A DNA stretch of 64,000 nucleotides from Porphyridium purpureum (taxonomy: Eukaryota). The DNA lies in the NCBI GenBank assembly GCA_008690995.1, contig VRMN01000017.1:186001-250000 (forward strand), in the 5' to 3' direction. This document shows, in pieces, positions 33,354 through 44,630 of this stretch. How positions within the stretch are numbered: the first letter of the stretch is position 1; each line of letters opens with the position of its first letter. The position numbers and the translations under genes are program-made. The notes under the pieces were generated by a model. That model was not told the origin of the DNA and did no database searches. It saw only the letters and a list, made by a program, of their open reading frames with translations.

Positions 33354-36300
33354 CTATTCAAACAACCAGTTCCTGCGCTTGCATTCCTCGATGAATTCGC
33401 ACATGTATTTTTGATCCTGCGACAACGCGTACAACGCGCACTCGAGATACTTCACCGCGGCGCGGAAGCCAGAGCCAAGCTTACATTGCAGCTCGCATGT
33501 TCTGCGCAGCAGACCGATGCACTTGATGATTCGGTTCACTAGATCAGATCGCGTCGACTGGGAGATGTTTGCGTCCGCACCGGGCGGCCGACCGAGCAGA
33601 AGCGCCATGCGGGTTGCAACGCGCAGGTACTCGCCAATCAGCTGGATTTCCGTCAACTCGCATGTCGACGCGCTACCCTGGTAAGTGCTGAGCACCTCGA
33701 GCGCCTTTTCCACGCGGCGCGAGCACCGGCGTAACCCAGATTCATCAAAGCACGCAATGAGTCCTGCGCCTTCGGAGCCATTTTGCGCCGCTCGGTTTGA
33801 GCACATTACTAGCTCAAACATGGCCGTGCGGCTCCACTCGGCGCGCTGCTCGCCATTCACGCGTAAGCTTGTGCCGGACTTTATGCAAAGCGCATTGAAC
33901 TCACCGAACATGGTCAGCACGGCGCCCAGCTGACCGCCCTGGTCGCCATCTCCAAACACATGAACGTCGAGCAGCCGTGCCAGAAGCTCCATGCCGTCTC
34001 CCGAGTCGAGGTCGAGACTCGACTGTGCGCCCCATGCCGAGCCGGCAAAAGCGGTGTACGCTGGCCACGACGCGATCATCGGTTGCAGCGGGCCAATGCC
34101 CGCCAGGTCGGTCAGAACCACGCCGCTCGCGTCGTGTGCCGCGCCCAGTGTACAGGCCATACGTATGAGCCTCGAAGCCTCCTTTATGGAGCCGGCAAAC
34201 GAGTTGAGGGTCGCAGCGCTCGGGCATAGCATAAAGGGCACACCGGCGTCTTGCAGGGCTACCGCGCGAGCCCGGATGACCCTCTCATCCACATGCGAGT
34301 CGAAATACTCCATCGCCACGCAATGACCATCGCCCGCGGTGAAAAGCCGCTCCGGCGCTTGCGCGTGCGTGCTTTCTCTGAACGCGTTTGACCAAAACTG
34401 GACACGCTTAGAATCAACCAGCAGCATTTGCACCGCATCAAGTGCCATAACTGCGCCCTGGGCGGCGCCCGACGCTTGCATACCCATCCCAACCGCCAAT
34501 GAGTCGGAAAGGACGTACTGCGAAGCTTTCGCAAGCGCGGCGTGCAAGCGACGCCAGTGGTCTCCAGATAGGTCTCTTGACAAGTCCAGATCCTTCAAAC
34601 CATTTGCCGCGTACATCGCTGCTTCCTCACGTGCGAGCACGTCACTGAGATCATAACTCAATTTGTGACGGGCCCCGGCATGCGTGCTCGCATGTTTTGG
34701 TCCTCGTCCCAGCAGGTCGAGGCTGATAATGAGTTCAATGTGCGAGCCCGCACAAAATGCGTCCAGCTCAGCCAGCTCATCGACCGTTAAAGCCGCTCCT
34801 TCTTCTTCTTCAACATCAGCAGTGTCGCAAGTCCACGCTCTTCCGTCAACCGATTCGTCCCGAATGAAAAGATACAGCGTGTTGATCCGCATCCGCGACA
34901 AAATTTCTGCGTAACTTTTCAGTGTCTGAATGGCTGGAACGCGGCCGGTCCTCAGGTCCATCACAATGCCACGCGTGGGGAAGAGCGGCCAGTCTGTGAT
35001 CAGAACGGCAGGAATAAATAGCGGCCGCGACCCATCCAGCGTCCCCTCTTGCGAAACGACCCCAGGCGAAAACTCTGCGCAAAAAGCCATGCACTGTTCG
35101 ACCACGCAAAATGCATAAAACAAACCTCGCTCATCGGACGCGCAGATGGATATACTGCCCGTTCCTATCTCGCCATGGGCTGCTTCCGGCCGGACCTGGA
35201 TGCTGTACGCTTCGGAGCGTACCTGGAACGCGTTCGGCACAATGCGCACTCGAATAATACCTTGCGATGTACCTCTGTCCGAACAAAGGCGCATATCAGG
35301 GAGGTGCGGCGCTATATCGGCTGCTTTCTTGGCGGCGCATCGCGCAATCCACTTGCGCGCCTCGCTGCGCGCGGCCGGGCTTGCCCCAGTGTCAATGCAG
35401 AGCACTGTAGGAACCGCAAAACCACGCGCGCAACGCTCACTCTTATCCAAAATCCGCCGCGGCCGCGGCCACAGTAATTGCGCCCACTCGGGTATTCTCT
35501 GGGGAGTTTGCGCGGGTCCCGCCGGTCGACCGTTTGGTGACTGCATCACCGGATCAGGCAAGGTGGCAGTGGGCACAGGAGCGTGGGTGGGCGTCACACC
35601 GGCACCCTGAGGTGCATGCGGTTCCTTTGCTTCTTGCTCGCTCGAGGCTCCCACATGCGGCACCGGTTTTGGCTCTGGCTCTGGCTCAGGCACTGGCTGA
35701 GATTGTGAAGGTGATCCAGCTTGCGGCGGAACAGACGAATAGGATTTCGACTGTCTTTTTCGCATGCGGTTGGCCAACGACGCAAAAATTCCGACCGGTT
35801 CTGCGATTTCAGGTTTGGAGCCGGCGGTGTCCACAGAAGCCTGAGCATCCACAGGCTTTTGATGTGTTTCGCCTGCACTGCTTTTTGCAACGGAAGCCAG
35901 TCCATTGCTCGAAGAAGCGGCGTGCGCGGGCGGGGTGTTTTGACTAGTTCGAGCAGGAGAGGACGCTGAAACGACCGCCTTGACCGCACGGGCACCCGCT
36001 AGATCCAGATTGTGTTGCGCTTGGTGCTGACTTGCTCCTTGTGGGTGAGCTGGCTGGCCATGCTGCCGGGCCGGCGTCCGTGCACTCTCATACTGGGCTA
36101 TCAGACTACGAATTTCAGTACTTGACGCCATGTCTGCGGCAGACTTGCCGGCGCCGGAGCCGCTTTTGGCCATCACCGTCGGATCTGCGGCGTTCTCAAG
36201 CAACAGGTGGACAACCTCTTCGTGGCCGCACCGTGCTGCGTCCATCAGCGCCGTGACGCCCTCTGCGTTTCGCATGTTGACGGGGGCGCCCATCTGCACG

Positions 36301-36893
36301 AGCAGAGCGGTGGCCTCGATGGAGCCAAATGTGGCTGCCCAGTGCAACGCCGAGTTGCGCGTATCCTCGCCGTCGACGCTGTCCAGAGACAGCCCCGCGC
36401 GCAACAGCTGCTGGATCCTGTCTGTTTTGCCCATGCCGGCCGACTGGCACAGCTCGGCGACGAATGCGGTCAGCACGCGCGCCCTGTTCGACGAGGCGCT
36501 ACCGTACAGGTGGGTGTTCTGCGCGAGCTGAATCGGCGTCATGTCCTGAAAGTTTGTGACTTCGCAACTCGCGCCGGCGGCGAGCAGCGCGCGCACCGAG
36601 TCCAGCGCGTCGTACCTGACCGCCGCATGCAGCGGCGCCTCCATCCGCTGCACGCCATCATCCGGATACTCCCTCACATCCGCGTGCGCAACAGCTGCCT
36701 GCCCAGCCCGTCCCGCGGCGCCCGCCCCGTCCTGCGCGTCGTCGCCGTCCTCCTCCACCGTGATCTCATACCGGATCGACGCATCGATCTGCACATCGAC
36801 ATGCGCGCCGTTCGCCAGCGCCTCCCGAATCAGATCGGTCCGCCCATGCTTGCTAGCATAGTGCAGCAGCACTGCGGCCACCTCCACCTCCAT
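33354..36893 (-). CDS. Ankyrin-repeat + GH20 (hexosaminidase)-like fusion protein
   Basis: Ankyrins (APLHAAV, SALHWAA, TALMDAA); disordered linker; GH20-like blocks LLWPRPR, EAYSIQV, DERGLFYA, ITDWPLFPTRGIVMDL. Confidence 0.8.
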   Translation of the reverse strand: MEVEVAAVLLHYASKHGRTDLIREALANGAHVDVQIDASIRYEITVEEDGDDAQDGAGAAGRAGQAAVAHADVREYPDDGVQRMEAPLHAAVRYDALDSVRALLAAGASCEVTNFQDMTPIQLAQNTHLYGSASSNRARVLTAFVAELCQSAGMGKTDRIQQLLRAGLSLDSVDGEDTRNSALHWAATFGSIEATALLVQMGAPVNMRNAEGVTALMDAARCGHEEVVHLLLENAADPTVMAKSGSGAGKSAADMASSTEIRSLIAQYESARTPARQHGQPAHPQGASQHQAQHNLDLAGARAVKAVVSASSPARTSQNTPPAHAASSSNGLASVAKSSAGETHQKPVDAQASVDTAGSKPEIAEPVGIFASLANRMRKRQSKSYSSVPPQAGSPSQSQPVPEPEPEPKPVPHVGASSEQEAKEPHAPQGAGVTPTHAPVPTATLPDPVMQSPNGRPAGPAQTPQRIPEWAQLLWPRPRRILDKSERCARGFAVPTVLCIDTGASPAARSEARKWIARCAAKKAADIAPHLPDMRLCSDRGTSQGIIRVRIVPNAFQVRSEAYSIQVRPEAAHGEIGTGSISICASDERGLFYAFCVVEQCMAFCAEFSPGVVSQEGTLDGSRPLFIPAVLITDWPLFPTRGIVMDLRTGRVPAIQTLKSYAEILSRMRINTLYLFIRDESVDGRAWTCDTADVEEEEGAALTVDELAELDAFCAGSHIELIISLDLLGRGPKHASTHAGARHKLSYDLSDVLAREEAAMYAANGLKDLDLSRDLSGDHWRRLHAALAKASQYVLSDSLAVGMGMQASGAAQGAVMALDAVQMLLVDSKRVQFWSNAFRESTHAQAPERLFTAGDGHCVAMEYFDSHVDERVIRARAVALQDAGVPFMLCPSAATLNSFAGSIKEASRLIRMACTLGAAHDASGVVLTDLAGIGPLQPMIASWPAYTAFAGSAWGAQSSLDLDSGDGMELLARLLDVHVFGDGDQGGQLGAVLTMFGEFNALCIKSGTSLRVNGEQRAEWSRTAMFELVMCSNRAAQNGSEGAGLIACFDESGLRRCSRRVEKALEVLSTYQGSASTCELTEIQLIGEYLRVATRMALLLGRPPGADANISQSTRSDLVNRIIKCIGLLRRTCELQCKLGSGFRAAVKYLECALYALSQDQKYMCEFIEECKRRNWLFE

Positions 36894-37146
36894 CCATCCA
36901 CTGCCCTCCTTCCCTTCTTCTTCTCCTGTCTCCTCTCCCTCTTCTTCTCCTGTCTTCCTCTGTCTCACCTTCTCTCTTCTTCCCTCCGGCTCGCTGCGCC
37001 TCCTCCATAACCATCGCTGTACCTCGTTCTAAACACTGTACTTTCTCTTAACAAAATCACTCTGATTCGACATGATCGTCACGCTCTGATAAAACAGCGT
37101 GTTTTAGGAGGATATTATTAATTAACCTATTTTATAAATCCCTCTG

Positions 37147-39606
37147 ATGTTAAATAACGGAAACCCTAGCGCGATGTTCAAGCGGACGCGCTGCGACTGC
37201 TCGGTGCCTGTGGCTGGAGAGGAGGAGGATGGTGGAGCTGATGGTGTTGGGGAGGATGGGAGGGTGGGCATGGAGCGGGTGGTCCAAGTGAATGAGTATG
37301 ATCTGGATGAGTATGAGGACTTGTTTGCGCAGCTGGATTATGAGGTCGACCGGTTGCAGGGAAGTCGAGCGGAAGGTGTGGTCGCGGTCGCCGATACCAC
37401 CGCTACCGCGACCGCTGCCGCCGCCACGCGCAGGGTCGCTGCGCATGACGCTCCGAACGCGAGCAATGTTGCACGTCTCGCGCGAGTACCGGCCGCGCAC
37501 GCTGGGCAAGGTCGCGCAGTGCCAACGGGAAAGATGCCGCCGGCGGACCACCGAAAGGCTTCGCGTGTGCCGGCGGCAAGAGTCGCGCCGTACAGCGCGC
37601 CGTATCGCGCAAACAACGCGACTGCAAACATTAGCCGCGCTCGGTACCCCTCCGTTCAGCTTCAAAGTGTCCCCAGGGATCAAAGCGACGGAAACACGCC
37701 CTCGCGGGCATCTGCAATCATGGGTGCAGCGCCGGCGCCGTCCCTGTCCGAGCACGACAAGCTGCGAGCCGAAATCGCGAATTTGAGAAAGCGCCTGCTG
37801 GCAGAAGAGCGCAAGAATCTCGACGTAAGCGGCCGCGCGCGGAGCCAGTCCTCAGCGCAAGTGGAAGAAGACACGGCACAGGCACAGGCACAGCTTGAAC
37901 TCGAGCGCGTGCGCGCGACTCTGGAAAGCCGCATAGCTCTGCTGGAACATGATATCAGCCAGGCGCAGCTTCAAATACGCACATACCAGCAACGCGCTGC
38001 AAGTGCGCAGACCACCGCGCCTTCGCAGAATGATACTACGACTGCGGCGGTATCTACCTCGCGTGGCCAACGCGCACGCGGTGTGGGTTCCCATGACCAT
38101 GGCTTTGATGACTTTGACTCGCAGCTCGGTCGAGCGAAGCCAGGTGGCGAAAAATTGAAAGCTCCCGTCGGAAACAAGCGCGAGCGAGCTGCATTGGAAG
38201 ACTCGCCGCAGGCACCTCTGCCAACGCATCAGCCATCATCGACGAAAGGTATTGAGATAGGAGCACAGGCACAGCGCTCGCCGGAACGAACGGAGGATAT
38301 AGGTTTGGAGGATGCCGCGCTCGAGGCGCTCTCCAGCAGCGAACGCGTCTGTGAATTACTGGACCACGTCGGACTGAAGCTTGCCCACACACCCGGCACG
38401 CAGGCACCAGCAAGGCTGTTGGTGCTCGAGAAAGAGGTGCTCCTTTGTATTCTCTCGTCGGTGCCATTGCTGTGGCGCCCCGAACACGGTTCTAGCTCCT
38501 ACCGCGTCATGGATTGTTATGCGTTTGCGTGTGCTCTGTTGCATGCTCTGCTAGAGCTGTGGAACGAGGCCGCGCGAAACCTGACCGCAAATGATCGCGA
38601 AAGTCCAGACAGAGGCACCAGTTTACACTTGGCCACATTGACCGAGATCGTGGCCATGGTGGCGGAGGCGTGCTCGGAGCTGTCACCGCACGCTCTTGGA
38701 ACTGACGGAAATGTAGCGAGCTTGATACCAGCATTTTCGAACGGGACCTTGCTGGATTTTGCGATAGGCGCAAATCAAGGCGTGATGACCGAGAATACAT
38801 TCGCCGCTGGCTTGCGCATTGCCAGCCACGACGCGAAGCGGCTTGGCTCGACGGAGAGTGTTCGTATCGTGGTCGAAGCATTGCATGGCGTGCTCGTCGA
38901 CGAGCACGATTATGAGCCACTCCATCCGGCTTGGCTAGAAATGGCGTTCACGAGCATCCTCCGCGTTTATTCTCGCTTTCGAGATGGTCTACTGGCGGAC
39001 GAGAAATTTGTGGCTGTACTTCAAGCGCTACTCAGCCAAAGCTGTGCTCGATTTGACTGCTTGCATTTGTACCGCGACGCAGTCGATTTACTGGTCGACG
39101 CGCACATTGATGGGCAGGCATCATCTCCAAGCCGGCTGCTGTCGCAGCTGGTGTTGACACCCAAGGGAGCCCCAAATCGTCGAAAGAATAAGAGTCAGCA
39201 ACCGCTGGCGTCCTTAATCATCGACAGCTTATGTGATCACGCTTTTCTGCTGCATCGCTACGACCAAGATCGGGCAGAAACAGCCAGGGCGGCGGCCGCC
39301 AGAGTCCAGGCCGAACTAATCGAGTGTATAGCATCATCCATGCTGCTCATACAAGAGTCCTTATCACAACTTGGTACGGATGCACTAGGAACATCATCAA
39401 GTGCTGAGGATGACCTCCGCAAGGACGTGCGCGACGCGTTCGGCGAGATTCTGATGCGCGCGCAAAGCGTGCTGGGGCCAGCACTGCTTTCGCTGATGGA
39501 GCGCGGCCGCGCACCTGCGGCTGTTGCACAACTGACCTCGGACGCATCCATTCCGTTCTTGGCGTCCGACCTCTATGCCAAGCTGCACTTGTATTTTCGC
39601 GCGTGA
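37147..39606 (+). CDS. Hypothetical protein: acidic N-terminal motif, coiled coil, helical C-terminus
   Basis: 819-aa uninterrupted ORF; heptads at HDKLRAEIANLRKRL and LESRIALLEHDISQAQLQI. Start may be the later MERVVQV. Confidence 0.7.
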   Translation: MLNNGNPSAMFKRTRCDCSVPVAGEEEDGGADGVGEDGRVGMERVVQVNEYDLDEYEDLFAQLDYEVDRLQGSRAEGVVAVADTTATATAAAATRRVAAHDAPNASNVARLARVPAAHAGQGRAVPTGKMPPADHRKASRVPAARVAPYSAPYRANNATANISRARYPSVQLQSVPRDQSDGNTPSRASAIMGAAPAPSLSEHDKLRAEIANLRKRLLAEERKNLDVSGRARSQSSAQVEEDTAQAQAQLELERVRATLESRIALLEHDISQAQLQIRTYQQRAASAQTTAPSQNDTTTAAVSTSRGQRARGVGSHDHGFDDFDSQLGRAKPGGEKLKAPVGNKRERAALEDSPQAPLPTHQPSSTKGIEIGAQAQRSPERTEDIGLEDAALEALSSSERVCELLDHVGLKLAHTPGTQAPARLLVLEKEVLLCILSSVPLLWRPEHGSSSYRVMDCYAFACALLHALLELWNEAARNLTANDRESPDRGTSLHLATLTEIVAMVAEACSELSPHALGTDGNVASLIPAFSNGTLLDFAIGANQGVMTENTFAAGLRIASHDAKRLGSTESVRIVVEALHGVLVDEHDYEPLHPAWLEMAFTSILRVYSRFRDGLLADEKFVAVLQALLSQSCARFDCLHLYRDAVDLLVDAHIDGQASSPSRLLSQLVLTPKGAPNRRKNKSQQPLASLIIDSLCDHAFLLHRYDQDRAETARAAAARVQAELIECIASSMLLIQESLSQLGTDALGTSSSAEDDLRKDVRDAFGEILMRAQSVLGPALLSLMERGRAPAAVAQLTSDASIPFLASDLYAKLHLYFRA

Positions 39607-42178
39607 CACTTCAAGGCACGCGACGAGCACGCAGGCACGTCGTTGATTGTATCGGTGAACGGCGAATTCAACCGGAGAATGGACCGTCTTTTCATATCCA
39701 TTGCGCAGCCAATTTTCGTCTGTCGGCTGCTGAAGAATCGCAGACCATGCGACGAACTCTGCTTTGGTGTTGTTGTTTTTCGGGCCCTAGATAGACGATG
39801 TGTCTCCGTTATTCATAAAGCGTGCGTGCAGAAGCGCTCAGCCCCACCCGAGGCGCAACCCTTTCAACTCCCACGCGCGAGGTCGCACTGTTTTCAAGCA
39901 TGTGCAGTTCGCCATCCTTACAGTCGGTTATCTTCCACGTCATATGGGAAAACAGGGCGTTTTTACTATGATGCACTGTAAACCGGGTTTTGCAGGCGTG
40001 CATTGGAAGACGGCGAGACCGCGGCTGCTTCTGGACCGGTGTTTCGAGTCGATGCTGATGGGCCAGGAGGTATGGGAGTGTTGCACGGAGATGAGGTGAT
40101 GTGCGTGCGAGATGGAAAGCAGCGTGGAGCATGTCCGGGTTTGCGATTTGCGCTGGCGGTGTGTCTTGGTATCGTTGTGGTAGGCGGTTATGTGCAAGAG
40201 GTCTGCTCCCGCAGAATGGTGCGTTGGTTTGAGCCATTTGACGCGCGCAGTGACACAATGGAAGAGTCGTTGGTGGAGGACCTGGACGGGTCGACTCCGT
40301 AACTCCGAATGTCGGCAAAGTGTAGCACTGCCTTACCGGAACGTGCTCCGTTTGATTGTGTCAGCTGGGTCCGTGAATTAGGGTCGGAGTTGATCGTGTT
40401 GCCCGTCAAAGCTTAATGCACGTGGTCAAAGTTGTGATCAAATGTGTGCGTCGAGTTCTTCACAGCGCCAGTAGCACCAATCTGGCGAATAATTCAGACC
40501 CACTCACCGTGGTGGGCTGCATTTTTGTGCGATTCTTGGTCGGGCTCTGCGGGAAGAAGCGTTGGCAATGCGGACTGGACTCCGTCATTCTATGGATAGT
40601 CGAACTGCTTTTATGGGGAGGGTACGGTCACGTCCTCCGCGTCAGACTTCGACGACCGGCGTATGTGTTGCCGCGAATGCAGTGACTCGCGTCGGCACTT
40701 CTTGGACTCGCTTGAATTGCAATGACTCTTACGAGCTGAATGGCAATCGTGCGGCCATGCATTCAGAGGCAGCTGTCATGCAGAAGACCCAGAATCTGTT
40801 ACGTAATGCGGATACTCATACAGAGATCCTGAATTGTCTCGGCGTGATTTCAGACCAGTATTGCCATCTTGGAATGAATCATTACATTGGCACGTGGGTC
40901 CTGTCAGTCAAACGAATTGAATGCCTTTTCCGCTCCAAGGCAGAACCTCCTCCGTGCTCAGTTTCCAACTGGAGTGACAAGCGTCTCGGCTGCTGTGAGA
41001 GCACAGAGAAGTCTCGCATATTCCTCGATTCGATCTAGCTTCCTTGGTACAGAGGACAGAATGGTGAATCATACAAAGACGCGGTTCCAAAGGTCCGACC
41101 AAGTGGCATCCTGATGTGCACGCGCAAAAATCATCGACAAGCCTGTCTCCGGCGAGCTCGAACATTTCAACCGAAAATTCTGCGCGCTTTACTCCTTCTG
41201 CCCGATGATCGCGAGACATGCGATGCAGCGCTTCTCAAATTCGAGCGCTTCTGTTGCTGCGAAGGCACTGCTTCACGTCAGTGCTTTTTGACCAACACTG
41301 GGACGCTTCTGTTGCTGCAGAAGCTTTGTGGAATGGCGAGTGGCTCTGCAGGCTAGCTTTAACCCCTCGCTTGTGGGGAACGTCGGTGAGTCCTGCGGCA
41401 GTGTATGCCCAAGGTTTTGTTGGCCCAAGCAACGAAAAAACGATAAATGAGGTGACTTTTTCTGGGGTAAAAGCATTGGCAGCCCGATGGGTCGCACAAA
41501 GTGTATCTGAGGGCGGTGCGTTGGACACATCATCTGGAGCGGTGCTTGCTTGGGCGAACGGAGGCATTTCGTGTCTTTATCGAAGGTGAGGCACATTGTC
41601 GTGGTGCGATAGCACGCATTGTGAAATGTAGCGGCTGTGCTGTTGTGCGTCGACGCCAGCATGCTCAGTGTGGCAATTAGTACAACTGCGAACACGTCTG
41701 TCTGGACGGCAACAGACGGTGTTTCCATTTCATCATTTGCCATGGCTTTCATATTTCCCGTCTGTGTGTTTGGCGTACCAGAACCTGCGCGACATTGAAT
41801 CAGGACGGATTTGAGCGTATCCATATGAACATTGCATCCATAGCCTAGTGGTACACATAGAGGCAGAGGGCGGAAAATCGCATCAGCTGCCCGACAGACT
41901 TTTCTTCTTTTGCTGCCAGCTCGCAAGCTCGAGTACGTTCACCTATCCGTGTCTCTGGTACCGGTCACAGCCATCGTCTACCCCAACATATACCCACTGG
42001 GCTGGTCCGCTCAAATACTCCATGTTGCAGCTGTACTGACCGCGTGTGCAACGCTTCAGGCTTTGAACATGTCAGAGACCTTTCTGAGTTTGCTCAAGAC
42101 TGCCAGACATTCTCTAGCCCGGCTTGACATCCGCTCAAAAAAAGTCTCGCATGTTGCGGGTCTCATGAATGGTCATGA

Positions 42179-44401
42179 TCAAAACTTCCAGCGGATTCGA
42201 CTCTTGTGTTCCTTGATGCCACCAGTCGATACTGAATTCTTCCTTCTCGGAGTGCCTGGATCAACAGTGTCCTTGGACCCAGCGGCCGACGTGTCATCCT
42301 TTCCTGGCGCAACTGGTTTCTTGAACATGCTTGCGCGAAGGCTCTTGAGTGATCGTTTAGAGGGGACGGACTCTGCCGCAGACCGACCGTGCGCGTCGTG
42401 CGCCATCTTTTTGAGCGTCACCCGGTGTTGCACGGTGGCGCGCAGCGTCCACTGCTCCTTCATCTGCGTCTCTCCAAACGCGATCCAGAATTGCTCTTCA
42501 TCCTGCGGTAAGTGTGCACCCTGCACAATCCCAGACTTGCTGCCCAACGCAGAGTATACCGCTGCGTCCACTTCACTCTCTTTATCCATGGCTGCCGGCC
42601 AAAAAGAAGTCAAGTACTCGCTTGTAAAGACACGAAAGAAGATGCCCAAAATAGCATTCAAGCTCTGCTCCCGTTCTTCCTCGCCCTGTGCCATCGTCTC
42701 AATAATAAACGAATTGAAGCTGTTTTCTAGCTTGGACCGGAGCTTGAGTGGCATGCGTAAGAAGCCCGAGTCCTTTCCTATATAAAAGCGCGCCGCATCG
42801 AGATCCACACGCACGGTTTCTGCTTCGACGTTCCAGTCTATTCTCGGCACACATGAAGTGTGTATACCCACCAGAAAGGGCATGGGCGCATGTACGACAT
42901 CAAGCAGCCCCGCCGGCAGAACAGGTATGTAGATACCCTGCCAAGTCAGTGGGTCAAGGGCTTTCAAGAAATTCTCAATACCGATTTCAAGCCGTCGCAG
43001 AAACCAAGAGCAAAATATAATGCGCTTCTCGAGCAAAATCGCAGTCACCACGTCTATGAAAACTGAACTGCCAAATGCAAGCAGCAGGTCGTACACAGAC
43101 ATGTCCGGCACAAGCGCGGAACCTGCGCTCAACGCTCGCTCGCTCGCCACCGCAGAAATATTCCTCTCCAATAAGAGCGGCGCCTCCTCCTTTTCAGACT
43201 GAACCAGAAGCAACGGCGTCGATGCATTTGGTATCGACGCTTGGTTCTCAGGACTGCCAACATACTTTCTGACAGCGCTCTCGCACGCGTTTCTGAACGA
43301 GCGGCGAGCGAGTGCCGCACAGTCTTCGTCCGGTGCTAGCGCGGTATTTCGCTTGCAACATTTTTCAAATTCGACGATCAACTCGTTTAGCAAAGTCTCT
43401 GCTTGCGCTCTCTCATTCACAGTCGACAGGACGAACAGCGCCAAGCCATTCTGCCGTTGCTTGGATGAAATCAGCTTTGTCTCGCCGTACATGTTATCGC
43501 TATGACTGCTGCCAGGAAAATTTGTAGAACAGCCCGAGCAACGATGTCGTCCATTCGACGCGCGCACGATGTCAAAGCAAAATTGGATACCTAGGCCGTA
43601 CGAGAAATCGCGCATCTCGTTGGTACATACAAAAGAATAGGCACTTGCCTGCAGATCCCACTGTGCCTTGCGAGTCGGGTAGCAAAGCGACGTACGGTGA
43701 AACTGTTCTTGCGGAAAGCAAAACCCGATGAATGTGCTCATTTCCTCATGTTTCACTCCGCGCAAAGACACAAGCGGAAAGTTCTCCGGCACTTCAGGTG
43801 AGGCCGAGGCAACTGACACCGTTTCTGCAGCTATACGAGAATGCGCATTGACCAACTGAGAGCGGGAATCTCCAGAGATTTCGGCGGGAGCTGTGGGGTC
43901 TTGGTCTTTCACCTCGACTTCGAGCTGCGCCAGAATGCCCGCGAGAGCTTCCGAAGTGACACTGAACGATTTTTTCCGATAGTGCTTGACCCGGGAGTCC
44001 AGCTGTTCACGTGGCCCCTCATCCTCTGAGCTTGGTGAATCTTGCTCACTATTTTCATCGGCGTACGCGTCATCTACAATCCTGTCCGTAAGCTGTTCTC
44101 CCGGCGGCAGATGATCGTTCGGCGCAGAATCGGATGCCGATGCTGACGCAGGTACAACAGGGACAGACCCACATTCATCTGGCACGCTTCCCTGCCTATC
44201 CCCAAACCCATTTTCACCTTCGTCAGCTTGCTCTTCCCCGTCGCGCACAAAGCGCAGCCCCACGGTCACGTCCAGATCGGTGCTACACAATCCCAGAATC
44301 TTGACCCACGGAATGCTCACGCTCAGTCTTCCCAGGTTCTCACGTGGCGCAGCCGCCGGCATTCCAGCAGTCTCCGCGGCCTCTGCGGCCTCCGTGACCA
44401 T
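42179..44401 (-). CDS. DENN domain protein (Rab GEF family)
   Basis: uDENN (FCFP, YSFVCTN...SYG), cDENN (ILLEKRIIF, PLTWQGIYIPVLP..LLDVVHAPMPFLVG), dDENN (FGETQM). Confidence 0.9.
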   Translation of the reverse strand: MVTEAAEAAETAGMPAAAPRENLGRLSVSIPWVKILGLCSTDLDVTVGLRFVRDGEEQADEGENGFGDRQGSVPDECGSVPVVPASASASDSAPNDHLPPGEQLTDRIVDDAYADENSEQDSPSSEDEGPREQLDSRVKHYRKKSFSVTSEALAGILAQLEVEVKDQDPTAPAEISGDSRSQLVNAHSRIAAETVSVASASPEVPENFPLVSLRGVKHEEMSTFIGFCFPQEQFHRTSLCYPTRKAQWDLQASAYSFVCTNEMRDFSYGLGIQFCFDIVRASNGRHRCSGCSTNFPGSSHSDNMYGETKLISSKQRQNGLALFVLSTVNERAQAETLLNELIVEFEKCCKRNTALAPDEDCAALARRSFRNACESAVRKYVGSPENQASIPNASTPLLLVQSEKEEAPLLLERNISAVASERALSAGSALVPDMSVYDLLLAFGSSVFIDVVTAILLEKRIIFCSWFLRRLEIGIENFLKALDPLTWQGIYIPVLPAGLLDVVHAPMPFLVGIHTSCVPRIDWNVEAETVRVDLDAARFYIGKDSGFLRMPLKLRSKLENSFNSFIIETMAQGEEEREQSLNAILGIFFRVFTSEYLTSFWPAAMDKESEVDAAVYSALGSKSGIVQGAHLPQDEEQFWIAFGETQMKEQWTLRATVQHRVTLKKMAHDAHGRSAAESVPSKRSLKSLRASMFKKPVAPGKDDTSAAGSKDTVDPGTPRRKNSVSTGGIKEHKSRIRWKF

Positions 44402-44510
44402 CCTCCTCCAATGGAGATGAACGCGCCTGCTACCAGCACGCGAGAACTCCTCAATCCACCACACAGTATCTCACCCGTCCCCATCTGCCAACCATCTCCA
44501 CAAACTTTCG

Positions 44511-44630
44511 CGGCTCCTCGGCTTATCGGCTCCTCGGCTTATCGGCTCCTCGGCTTATCGGCTCCTCGGCTTATCGGCTCCTCGGCTTATCGGCTCCTCG
44601 GCTTATCGGCTCCTCGGCTTATCGGTTTGA
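44511..44630. repeat. Perfect 16-bp minisatellite (CGGCTCCTCGGCTTAT)7
   Basis: Seven exact units at 44511-44622, followed by CGGTTTGA; internal 8-bp periodicity. Confidence 0.95.

Noticed and set aside
39700..42170. Spliced or decayed membrane-protein gene, including the 41910-42785 ORF
   Set aside because: Only short ORFs; the longest is mostly antisense to the DENN gene and no family motif was recognised.
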